From Woeseiaceae bacterium (GTDB lineage: Bacteria > Pseudomonadota > Gammaproteobacteria > Steroidobacterales > Woeseiaceae), in contig JANQMR010000039.1 in assembly GCA_028279985.1 (NCBI GenBank), positions 1,656 to 65,655 on the forward strand: a stretch of DNA of 64,000 bases. The letters run 5' to 3'. Under the pieces are notes generated by a model, which was not told the origin of the DNA, made no database searches, and saw only the letters and a program-made list of their open reading frames with translations. Shown one piece after another: positions 37,033 to 48,391 of the stretch. Made by a program: the position numbers and the translations under genes. Within the stretch, counting starts at the first letter, position 1. Each line of letters starts with the position of its first letter.

Positions 37033-37527
37033 ATGCGAAATGCCGCAAAAGGGTTCACGTTGATCGAACTGATGATCGTCATCGCGATCATCGGTATTCT
37101 TGCGTCCCTCGCCGTCTCCGCCTACCAAACGTATACCGTTCGCGCGCAGATCGCTGAGGGGTTGAACATGGCGGCCGCCGCAAAAACACCCATTGTCGAT
37201 GCTTTCAACGTCAACGGCACACCGGCTGCCGACCGGACCGAAGCCGGCCTGACCCCGCTCGCAACAGATACCCAGGGCAACTATGTGGCTTCGGTCGATG
37301 TCGTGGATGGACGTCTGGACATTGTGTTCGGCAACAACGCGCACTCGGCTATTTTCGGCGACCGTCTTTCGATAACACCCTACACGACACCCGGGGGAAC
37401 CATCGCTTGGCGCTGCGGCGCTGCGGCGCCGCCGAGCGCAACGCCACTGGACGGTGGCGGCGTCACTTCCCAACATCTGGTTCCGACCGTCGAGACCCGC
37501 TATCTCCCCGCCGCCTGCCGGGACTGA
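37033..37527 (+). CDS. Type IVa pilin (paralog 2)
   Basis: MRNAAKG/FTLIELMIVIAIIGILASLAVSAYQTY. 164 aa with a long C-terminal Cys-Cys loop (WRCGAAAPPSATPLDGGGVTSQHLVPTVETRYLPAAC). AGGAG RBS. Confidence 0.88.
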   Translation: MRNAAKGFTLIELMIVIAIIGILASLAVSAYQTYTVRAQIAEGLNMAAAAKTPIVDAFNVNGTPAADRTEAGLTPLATDTQGNYVASVDVVDGRLDIVFGNNAHSAIFGDRLSITPYTTPGGTIAWRCGAAAPPSATPLDGGGVTSQHLVPTVETRYLPAACRD

Positions 37528-37690
37528 GCAAGATTTGGGAGGAAACGATACCCGACCGGCCGCCCCCCCCGAGGCCGACTGGACCGATCCTCTATTTGTG
37601 TGATGGCGCGCACAAAATCCAGTTGATCCGAGCGGTTGGATCAGTGAGACTGTAATACTGGGAGAATCGGCACGGTGCGCTAGACAGCTT

Positions 37691-39409
37691 ATGGCAGCAA
37701 CGGCTTCACAAACCAATCTTGCTGGGCTACCTCGCCGGCTGGTGCAGGACGGCATTATTGCCGAGGACAGGCTCCAGGAAGCCACCGAAGCCGCCCGTAA
37801 GGACAAGCTGCCGCTCGTCGCCTATCTGGTCAACCAGGAACTCGCCGAGGCCCGCGCGATTGCGGTTGCGGCCTCACACGAATTCGGCGTGCCACTACTG
37901 GATCTTGATGCCATCGAGCTCGAAATCGACCTCATCCGTACGGTCGATCAAAAGCTGATCAACAAACACCGGGTGCTACCACTGGTCAAACGCGGCCAGC
38001 GCTTGTTTCTGGGTATCGCCGACCCGACCAACCTGCAGGCCATCGACGAGATCAAGTTCCAGACCAGCCTCAGGATCGACCCGGTTGTCGTCGAACAGGA
38101 CAAGCTCGAGGAGCGCATCATCAAGGCGATCGAGGCTGTCGATACGAGTATGCCGGGCCTCGAGGACGACGATTTTGACCTCGAGAACCTCGAGGTGGGT
38201 CCAGACGAGGAAGAGACTGAGGACGTTCACCGCGACGATATCGAGGACGCGCCGGTTGTCCGTTTTGTCAACAAAATCCTGCTCGATGCGATCAAACGCG
38301 GCGCATCGGACGTGCATTTCGAGCCCTACGAGAAGTACTTCCGCGTGCGGACACGCCTGGACGGTGTCTTGTCCGAGGTGGCACAACCGCCGGTCGCGCT
38401 TGCGAACAAGGTCTGCGCGCGGCTTAAGGTCATGTCGCGAATGGACATCGCTGAGCGCCGCGTACCACAGGACGGACGCATCAAGATGCGTTTGTCCAAG
38501 AATCGCGCGATCGATTTTCGAGTCAACACCTGTCCGACCTTGTTCGGCGAAAAAATCGTGTTACGTATCCTCGACCCGTCGAGTGCCAAGCTCGGTATCG
38601 ATATGTTGGGTTACGAGGAACATCAAAAAGACCTGTATATGAAACACCTGATGAAGCCCTATGGCATGATTCTGGTGACAGGTCCGACCGGTTCAGGTAA
38701 GACCGTGTCGCTGTACACGGGCCTCAACATCCTGAACACAGTGGATCGCAATATCTCGACAGCCGAGGATCCTGCCGAAATCAACCTGCCCGGCATCAAT
38801 CAGGTCAATGTGAATCCGAAGGTCGGCCTGACGTTCGCGTCTTCACTCAAAGCCTTTCTGCGCCAGGACCCGGACGTGATCATGGTAGGTGAGATTCGCG
38901 ATCTCGAGACGGCCGAGATAGCTATCAAAGCCGCACAGACCGGCCACCTGGTACTTTCCACGCTGCACACCAACGATGCCCCGCGCACTTTGACGCGCAT
39001 GGTGGACATGGGCGTGAAGCCCTATGCGATCGCAACCTCAGTTAGCCTGATCATCGCCCAACGTCTGGCGCGGCGGTTGTGCGACAACTGTAAGGAGGTT
39101 CGAGACGTGCCGCGCGAGGCCTTGGAAAAGGAAGGATTCGACGCCGGTGATCTCGACGACGGTTTGACAGTCTTTGGGCCGAAAGGCTGTAGACAGTGCA
39201 ACGACGGCTACAAAGGCCGGGTCGGCATCTTTCAGGTCATGGAGGTCTCGGAGACGATGGGCCGGATCATCATGGAAGGCGGCAACGCGATGCAGATCGC
39301 CGACCAGGCGGTCGCTGAAGGCGTTATCGATTTGCGCAGGGCTGGTTTGAACAAAGTCAAGGAAGGGGTTACCAGCCTGGAAGAGGTTAACCGGGTTACA
39401 ATCGAATAG
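37691..39409 (+). CDS. pilB: Type IV pilus assembly ATPase PilB
   Basis: 572 aa with an N-terminal GSPII-like domain, Walker A GPTGSGKT, and Asp/His boxes. A CxxC...CxxC-type tetracysteine cluster is present (CDNC...CRQC). Confidence 0.95.
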   Translation: MAATASQTNLAGLPRRLVQDGIIAEDRLQEATEAARKDKLPLVAYLVNQELAEARAIAVAASHEFGVPLLDLDAIELEIDLIRTVDQKLINKHRVLPLVKRGQRLFLGIADPTNLQAIDEIKFQTSLRIDPVVVEQDKLEERIIKAIEAVDTSMPGLEDDDFDLENLEVGPDEEETEDVHRDDIEDAPVVRFVNKILLDAIKRGASDVHFEPYEKYFRVRTRLDGVLSEVAQPPVALANKVCARLKVMSRMDIAERRVPQDGRIKMRLSKNRAIDFRVNTCPTLFGEKIVLRILDPSSAKLGIDMLGYEEHQKDLYMKHLMKPYGMILVTGPTGSGKTVSLYTGLNILNTVDRNISTAEDPAEINLPGINQVNVNPKVGLTFASSLKAFLRQDPDVIMVGEIRDLETAEIAIKAAQTGHLVLSTLHTNDAPRTLTRMVDMGVKPYAIATSVSLIIAQRLARRLCDNCKEVRDVPREALEKEGFDAGDLDDGLTVFGPKGCRQCNDGYKGRVGIFQVMEVSETMGRIIMEGGNAMQIADQAVAEGVIDLRRAGLNKVKEGVTSLEEVNRVTIE

Positions 39410-39438
39410 ACCGAGCCGCGTACAGACGGACTACAGAA

Positions 39439-40656
39439 ATGGCTGAAACGGCAATCATGAACGAGCCGTTCCTCTGGGAAGGGACGGACCGTAAGGGTAA
39501 AAAAGTCAAAGGCAAGAGCATGGCGGCAACCGAAGCGGCCGTGCGCGCGGATCTCAGGCGCCAAGGCGTCGTTCCCACCCGCATCCGCAAGCAGCGCAGG
39601 AGTCTGCTCGCGGGTACCAGCAAGATCACACCAGGCGACATCGCGATATTCAGCCGTCAGCTCGCTACCATGCTCGCGGCCGGCATCCCGCTGGTGCAGG
39701 CCTTCGAAATCATCGGCAGCGGCCACGAAAACGCGGCTATGCAAAAGTTGATCATGGCGATCAAGGCCGACGTCGAAGGCGGCAGCGCTCTGGCGGAGGC
39801 GCTGGCCAAGCATCCCGTGTATTTCGACGACCTGTTCGTCAATCTCGTCGAGTCCGGCGAGCAGGCGGGCGCGCTGGAAACCTTGCTGGACAAGATCGCG
39901 ACCTACAAGGAAAAAACCGAGGCGATCAAGAAGAAAATCAAAAAGGCGCTGACGTATCCGGCGGCTGTGCTGGTTGTGGCCTTCGTCGTCACGACGATCC
40001 TGCTGATTTTCGTGATTCCGGCCTTCGAGGACCTGTTCCAGGGCTTCGGCGCGGATTTGCCCACGTTTACTCGGATGGTCATCGACTTGTCGGTATTCGT
40101 CAGAACCCAGGGGTGGTTACTTGCGATGGGTATCGGCGCCGGCTTCTTTACCTTTTTCTATTTCAAGAAACGCTCCAAGGCAATGCGCCATTTCCTCGAC
40201 CGAGTGACACTGAAAACACCGGTCATCGGTCCGATCATGCAAAAGGCCTCGATCGCCCGCTACGCGCGTACACTGTCAACGATGTTCGCCGCCGGCGTTC
40301 CTTTGGTCGAGGCCTTGGAGTCGGTTTCCGGCGCAACCGGTAACATCGTCTACGAGCAGGGTGTGCTCAAGATGCGCGACGAAGTCGCCACCGGCCAGCG
40401 CCTGCAGCAGTCGATGGAAAACACCGATCTGTTCCCGAACATGGTGATCCAGATGATTGCAGTCGGCGAGGAATCGGGATCGCTGGACGACATGTCGGCC
40501 AAGGTGGCGGACTTCTACGAGGAAGACGTCGACAACGCCGTGGACAACCTGTCCAGCCTGCTGGAGCCTATGATCATGGCGATCCTGGGTGTGCTGGTCG
40601 GCGGCCTGGTCGTCGCGATGTACCTGCCGATCTTCAAGATGGGTTCGGTCATCTAG
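39439..40656 (+). CDS. pilC: Type IV pilus platform protein PilC (GspF family)
   Basis: 405 aa with two GspF repeats and three TM segments. The N-terminus ...FLWEGTDRKGKKVKG is typical of PilC. Confidence 0.95.
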   Translation: MAETAIMNEPFLWEGTDRKGKKVKGKSMAATEAAVRADLRRQGVVPTRIRKQRRSLLAGTSKITPGDIAIFSRQLATMLAAGIPLVQAFEIIGSGHENAAMQKLIMAIKADVEGGSALAEALAKHPVYFDDLFVNLVESGEQAGALETLLDKIATYKEKTEAIKKKIKKALTYPAAVLVVAFVVTTILLIFVIPAFEDLFQGFGADLPTFTRMVIDLSVFVRTQGWLLAMGIGAGFFTFFYFKKRSKAMRHFLDRVTLKTPVIGPIMQKASIARYARTLSTMFAAGVPLVEALESVSGATGNIVYEQGVLKMRDEVATGQRLQQSMENTDLFPNMVIQMIAVGEESGSLDDMSAKVADFYEEDVDNAVDNLSSLLEPMIMAILGVLVGGLVVAMYLPIFKMGSVI

Positions 40657-40755
40657 GCATATCACCGTCCCCTGCCCGTTTGCATTACAACGGCGTTCGG
40701 AGGAAACTCCGGACGCCGTTTGCGTTTGAGCCAAAGGAAGTACCGGAACTCCAGC

Positions 40756-41652
40756 ATGGCCGAACTCTTCACCGAGGCCCCCGCCGTCTTCATTGCGGTC
40801 GTGTTTGCATTTGCATTGATGATCGGCAGCTTTCTCAACGTCGTGATCTACCGGCTGCCGCTCATGATGCAACGCGAATGGCGCGAACAATGCGCCGAGC
40901 TCGCGGAGACGGCGGCGCCCGAGCTGCCCGAGGTCAGCTTCAACGAGGGCCGGTTCAACCTGGTCGTGCCGCGCTCGCGCTGCCCTTCCTGCGGTGCCGC
41001 AATCAAGGCCTGGCAGAACATCCCCGTGCTGAGTTACCTGATGCTGGGCGGCCGCTGCGCCGAATGCCGCAAGACGATTTCACTGCGCTACCCGGTCGTC
41101 GAATTTGCCACCGCCGTGCTCTGCGCCGTGGTTGCCTGGCGATTCGGCTTCGGCTGGGAGTCGGTGATGGGGATCGGGCTGACCCTGGCGCTGGTGCCGA
41201 TCACACTGATCGACTACGACGAGCAACTCATCCCCGATTCGATCGTGCTGCCGCTCATGTGGGTCGGACTGGGCATGAGCCTTTTCCATCCGCTGGCCGG
41301 CGCCGACACGCTGTTCATCGCGCCAACCGACGCGATCGTCGGCGCGATGGCCGGTTATCTGACCTTGTGGGTTTTCTACCAAGCATTCAAGCTCGCTACC
41401 GGCAAGGAAGGCATGGGTTACGGCGACTTCAAGCTGCTCGCTGCGCTAGGCGCCTGGCTGGGCTGGCAATACCTGTTTACGATCATCATCACCTCCGCCG
41501 TCGTCGGCGCCGTGATCGGCATCGCCTTGATCGTGTTTCGCGGGCGGGATAGCCAGGTGCCCATCCCGTTCGGGCCGTTCCTGGCCGGCGCCGGTTGGAT
41601 AACGATGCTTTACGGCGACACCGTCAGGGACTTCCTGCATCTGCCGTTCTAG
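40756..41652 (+). CDS. pilD: Prepilin peptidase / N-methyltransferase PilD
   Basis: The ATG at 40756 gives MAELFTEAPAVFIAVVFAFALMIGSFLNVVIYRLP. It has the Cys cluster CPSC...CAEC and the catalytic Asp motifs (LIDYDEQLIPD; GMGYGDFKLLAALG). Confidence 0.9.
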   Translation: MAELFTEAPAVFIAVVFAFALMIGSFLNVVIYRLPLMMQREWREQCAELAETAAPELPEVSFNEGRFNLVVPRSRCPSCGAAIKAWQNIPVLSYLMLGGRCAECRKTISLRYPVVEFATAVLCAVVAWRFGFGWESVMGIGLTLALVPITLIDYDEQLIPDSIVLPLMWVGLGMSLFHPLAGADTLFIAPTDAIVGAMAGYLTLWVFYQAFKLATGKEGMGYGDFKLLAALGAWLGWQYLFTIIITSAVVGAVIGIALIVFRGRDSQVPIPFGPFLAGAGWITMLYGDTVRDFLHLPF

Positions 41653-41707
41653 TGCCTTTATAACTAGTGCCTTTATAACAGGGCCTTTGTAACTAGGGCC
41701 TTTTAAC
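41650..41707. repeat. 15-nt-period x4 tandem repeat anchored on the pilD stop
   Basis: tagtgcctttataac / tagtgcctttataac / agggcctttgtaac / tagggccttttaac. The first TAG (41650-41652) is the pilD stop and the second TAG is in frame with it. Confidence 0.9.
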
Positions 41708-41883
41708 ACGACGCCAGTGAAGCCCGCTGAGTCCCAAACCGCGCCAACCCTAAGTGCTAGGAGCGAGCTTTGTGACACTGAATGAGATAAGCGACGAGCA
41801 ACACCGAGTGGCGCGGTTTGGGAACTCGACCCGAAGGGCTGGTGCTGTGTTTCCGGCTAGCCAGGCTCCGAGAGGAGGATTGC

Positions 41884-42510
41884 GTGACCGACACGCGTGA
41901 CGACAAGACACGGCCACTCCGAGTCGGCCTGACCGGCGGAATCGCCAGCGGCAAGTCCACGGTCAGCGCCATCTTTGCCGAACTCGGCGCCGCCGTGATC
42001 GACACCGACGTCATCGCGCGCGAAGTGGTCGCGCCCGGACAAGCGGCCATCGACGAAATCCGCCGCGAATTCGGCGAGGACTACCTCACCGCCGACGGCA
42101 AGCTCGACCGCGCGACGATGCGCCGTCTGGTGTTCGCCGACGACACGGCACGTTCCAGGCTCGAGGCGATCCTGCACCCGCGGATTCGTGACGAGACTCT
42201 CGCACAAGCCACGGCGGCCGGCGGCCCCTACCAACTGATCGTCGTACCGCTGCTGGTCGATTCGCCCTTATTGCAATTCGTCGATCGGGTCCTGGCCGTG
42301 GACTGCGCCGAGGACACGCAGATCGAGCGTTTGATGGCGCGGGACGCGGATTCCGAAGAACAGGCCCGTCGCATTTTGGCGACACAAGCCAGCCGGCAGG
42401 AACGACTGGCCATCGCCGACGATGTAATCGACAACGACGGTTCGCTGGAGCGAACACGACGGCAAATCCTCGCACTGGACCGCGCATATCGCGCAGAAAG
42501 CGCCTGCTAG
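41884..42510 (+). CDS. coaE: Dephospho-CoA kinase
   Basis: GTG at 41884 is preceded by GAGAGGAGGA. P-loop GLTGGIASGKST. About 208 aa, in the usual position after pilD. Confidence 0.9.
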   Translation: MTDTRDDKTRPLRVGLTGGIASGKSTVSAIFAELGAAVIDTDVIAREVVAPGQAAIDEIRREFGEDYLTADGKLDRATMRRLVFADDTARSRLEAILHPRIRDETLAQATAAGGPYQLIVVPLLVDSPLLQFVDRVLAVDCAEDTQIERLMARDADSEEQARRILATQASRQERLAIADDVIDNDGSLERTRRQILALDRAYRAESAC

Positions 42511-42533
42511 GGACGACTGTTAGGGACGACAGG
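42508..42533. repeat. 13-nt x2 repeat anchored on the coaE stop
   Basis: tagggacgactgt / tagggacgacagg. The first TAG is the coaE stop. Confidence 0.8.
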
Positions 42534-42576
42534 GGCTGATTTGCCCTGCCGCAAGCGGTGGCGCAGAATAAGCTGC

Positions 42577-43377
42577 ATGGTGAAACCTGCGGGCAAAATA
42601 GCCGCTCATACGGTGAAGGGCGGTGCGTACTACGAGCAACCGCTGAACGAACGCATGCGCACCTTTCTGAGGCTGGAGTTCCTCTACCAGCAGTTGCTCA
42701 TTTTTTTCGAGCGCGAGGCCGACTGGGCGACCCGGGCCACGATCGCGACCCTGCTCGAGATCCTGGCCATCCTGTCGCGCGGCGACGTGCGCAGCGAAGT
42801 CCACAAGGAACTCGACCACCAACTCGACCTGCTCAGGCGATTCCAGAGCCAGCCGGAGGTCGACACCCGTCGCCTCGACTCGCTGGTCCGTAATCTGATC
42901 GACAGCCGCGCGCGGTTGAGCGAGATCGGCACCAAATACCTGCAACCGCTGAAAGACAGCGAGTTCCTGAACGCGATCAAACACAGGAGTTCGATCCCGG
43001 GCGGAACCTGCGAGTTCGATCTGCCCGAGTACAGTCACTGGCTCAGACAGACCTTCAGCCGCCGCGCCGAGGATCTGTCGCGCTGGATCGACGCAATACG
43101 CCCGCTGTGCGATGCGGTCGCCGAAGTGCTCTGGCTGATACGCGAGAGCGCGCGCCCCGTGGAGAAGCGTGCGATCAACGGCATGTATCAACACAACATG
43201 CAAAAGGATACGAGCTGCCGGCTGTTGAGAGTGAGCCTGCCGGAAGGAAGCTCCCTGTTCCCCGAAATCAGCGGCAGCCAGCACCGCTTCACGATACGTT
43301 TTCTCGACTGGTCCACGATCGACAGCCGCGCCGTCCAGACCGGACACGACGTGGACTTTCAGTTGTCGATTTGCTGA
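42577..43377 (+). CDS. zapD: Cell division protein ZapD (YacF)
   Basis: Collinear with E. coli ZapD: YEQPLNERMRTFLRLEFLYQQL..., RSSIPGGTCEFDLPEYSHWL, LFPEISGSQHRFTIRF. ATG at 42577 is preferred over the TTG at 42541. Confidence 0.85.
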   Translation: MVKPAGKIAAHTVKGGAYYEQPLNERMRTFLRLEFLYQQLLIFFEREADWATRATIATLLEILAILSRGDVRSEVHKELDHQLDLLRRFQSQPEVDTRRLDSLVRNLIDSRARLSEIGTKYLQPLKDSEFLNAIKHRSSIPGGTCEFDLPEYSHWLRQTFSRRAEDLSRWIDAIRPLCDAVAEVLWLIRESARPVEKRAINGMYQHNMQKDTSCRLLRVSLPEGSSLFPEISGSQHRFTIRFLDWSTIDSRAVQTGHDVDFQLSIC

Positions 43378-43382
43378 GTCGG

Positions 43383-43455
43383 CCGGACCGTCATCCGGAC
43401 AATTGTCATCTGTACGATCGTCAACCGGACGATTATCAATCGTACGACCGTCAAC
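43383..43455. repeat. 15-nt x5 degenerate tandem repeat anchored on the mutT stop
   Basis: The plus-strand tca triplets at 43391, 43406, 43421, 43436 and 43451 are exactly 15 nt apart. On the minus strand these are five TGA codons in the mutT frame, the first being the mutT stop. Confidence 0.85.
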
Positions 43456-43864
43456 CGGACCGAATCCCGACGGCTTCCAACTCGCACAAGGCCTCGATGA
43501 CCGGTCGGTCCGCGGGCAGCAGGTTCGCATCGGACAGCCCCCGGGCCTCGACCCAGCGCAGGCGCTGACCTTCCCGGCCCTCCGGTTCGTTACGCCAGGC
43601 GCTGATCAGGAAAAAGTCGATCGACACCGCCCGGTCCGGATACTCGTGTTCGAGGTGCATGAAATGACGCGATGACTCGAGCCCGATACCCAGTTCCTCG
43701 GCGAGCTCGCGATGCAAGGCCTGTTCAGCACTCTCGCCGGCGCCGATCTTGCCGCCGGGAAACTCCCACATCCCCTGGAACGGGCCGTCACCGAGACGCT
43801 CGGCGATCAGGACCCGGCCGTCCGCGTCACGCAGAATACCGGCCGCTACCGCAAAACGGTTCAT
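43451..43864 (-). CDS. mutT: Nudix hydrolase, MutT-like (8-oxo-dGTP diphosphatase)
   Basis: The ATG at 43864 gives MNRFAVAAGILRDADGRVLIAER... Nudix box GGKIGAGESAEQALHRELAEELG. It starts 4 nt after the secA stop, matching the secA-mutT synteny of E. coli. Confidence 0.8.
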   Translation of the reverse strand: MNRFAVAAGILRDADGRVLIAERLGDGPFQGMWEFPGGKIGAGESAEQALHRELAEELGIGLESSRHFMHLEHEYPDRAVSIDFFLISAWRNEPEGREGQRLRWVEARGLSDANLLPADRPVIEALCELEAVGIRSG

Positions 43865-43868
43865 TCGT

Positions 43869-46811
<2,943 letters not shown>

Positions 46812-47107
46812 GAAGGACTCCTGCGGAACGCTTGCGCCGGCCCGAGCCGATTGGCCCCGGGCGAAACCCGGTATTTTAGAGGCTTGTGCACGTGTTTAGT
46901 ACCTGCCGGGGGCTTCCGGCGAATCGCCGAACAACCGCCTGGGCCCTCGACGGCTCCCTTGTGACGGCTTCGGTTATCGCTGTCGCGGAACTGTGGTCGA
47001 ATCAGCCGATCACAAGCCCAATCGGACTATTATTGGCCGCATCTTCGGGCACATCTTTGAGTCCGTCGTCAGGCCCCGCCGACCGCTCTCCGGATTGGAT
47101 GTCCGCC

Positions 47108-48040
47108 CTAGTCGGAGGTTCCGCGAATGAAATTGACCGGATTCACCCGACGACCGCCTTTCAGCACTTCGAAATGCAGGTTCGGACCGGTCGCCCGTCC
47201 GGTTTCCCCCATCAATGCAACGGTCTGACCCTTGCGGATCTCGTCGCCGACGTCGACCAGGTTTTCGGAATTGTGCGCGTAACGCGTTGCGTAGCCGTTG
47301 CCGTGATTGATCTCGACCATCAGTCCGTAGCCGTAACGCTTGCCCGACCAGGTAACGACGCCGTCGGCGACGGCAACGATGTCGGACCCCGACTTGCCCG
47401 CGAAGTCGATACCGGTGTGGTTCGCAGGTTTACCCGTGAACGGATCGGTGCGCTTGCCGAAGTAGGACGAAATCCAGCCCGACTTGACCGGCCGGCCCTG
47501 CGGATAAACCCGTTGTTTCAGATTCTGCCCGGCGATGACGGCCTCGAGCACACCGAGTTGCGCTTCGCGGTCGTCGAGCTGCAGATCGAGTTGCTGCATC
47601 GCTTCGACGACCTCCGGAATCGCTACGCCGGAACCGGTGGCAACCGGCTCTTCCGGTCCACCTACGGCCGGAACATGGTCGAAATCGAACTCGCCGTCAT
47701 CGATGTCCGCCATATCGGTGAGGCGTCGGCCCAAGGCATCGAGGCGGATGATCCGCGCGTTCATCTGCGCCATGCGTATCGCCAGTGCGTCCAGCGTGTC
47801 TTCCTTGTCCTGCCGAATCGCCGCGATCGTCTGCTGCTGGGAGTCGATTTCTTCGTTCAGCGACACCAGTTCGCCGGCGCTGACGCCGGACCCCGTGTGA
47901 GAAGCATACAAGTAACCGCCGGTGAAACCCGCGGCGCCGAGGACACCGAGCAGACCAAATGCGGCGACACCGATGGACAAGCCGGACAGGGTCAGTTGCC
48001 GGAGCTTGCCAAGCCCCTTGCCGAAAATCACCACGTTCAT
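47108..48040 (-). CDS. M23-family (LytM-type) metallopeptidase-domain protein with N-terminal TM helix and coiled coil
   Basis: ATG at 48040 (MNVVIFGKGLGKLRQLTLSGLSIGVAAFGLL). C-terminal LytM domain with HTGIDFA, YAH and GPNLHFEV. The 5' extension in the track (TTG at 48121) runs through a tandem repeat. Confidence 0.8.
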   Translation of the reverse strand: MNVVIFGKGLGKLRQLTLSGLSIGVAAFGLLGVLGAAGFTGGYLYASHTGSGVSAGELVSLNEEIDSQQQTIAAIRQDKEDTLDALAIRMAQMNARIIRLDALGRRLTDMADIDDGEFDFDHVPAVGGPEEPVATGSGVAIPEVVEAMQQLDLQLDDREAQLGVLEAVIAGQNLKQRVYPQGRPVKSGWISSYFGKRTDPFTGKPANHTGIDFAGKSGSDIVAVADGVVTWSGKRYGYGLMVEINHGNGYATRYAHNSENLVDVGDEIRKGQTVALMGETGRATGPNLHFEVLKGGRRVNPVNFIRGTSD

Positions 48041-48080
48041 CGAAACCGCCTCGAGTGCGCTTTTGTCGTCTTGTCGTTTT

Positions 48081-48125
48081 TCCGCCGGTAACTTTTCCAC
48101 CGGTAACTCGTCCACCGGCAACGCG
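48081..48125. repeat. 15-nt x3 tandem repeat upstream of the M23 peptidase gene
   Basis: tccgccggtaacttt / tccaccggtaactcg / tccaccggcaacgcg. Confidence 0.85.
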
Positions 48126-48391
48126 GTGTCGTTCGAGCGTCGGCATCGTTGCGGCGATCACCCGTGTTCTGTAACTTGCGGTGGATCATCGTTCAGGCAG
48201 CCCCGCTGTCTTGGGAAAGAATCCCTTGAGACCGGTGAGACCGGTGGTTTTGCGCCCCCGCTTTTCGGCAGGTTTGCCTTTGGACACCCGCCAATATGCA
48301 TAATGTCCGTTTTTAATACAAGAACAAGGCGCTGGAACGGTGACTCCGGTCACTTCCAGCCGGCCGAATTCGTCAACCCAATCACGTCTCG

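Noticed and set aside
36943-37806. 287-aa minus-strand ORF covering pilA2 and the pilB start.
   Set aside because: It is antisense to a canonical prepilin gene, has no motifs, and would collide with the sigma-54-driven pilin transcription unit.
43378-43675. A yacG-like gene after zapD (E. coli order coaE-zapD-yacG), and track ORF 43403..43675.
   Set aside because: Only 73 nt separate zapD from the convergent mutT. The 90-aa ORF overlaps mutT antisense and has no Cys4 zinc-finger, so yacG is simply absent here.
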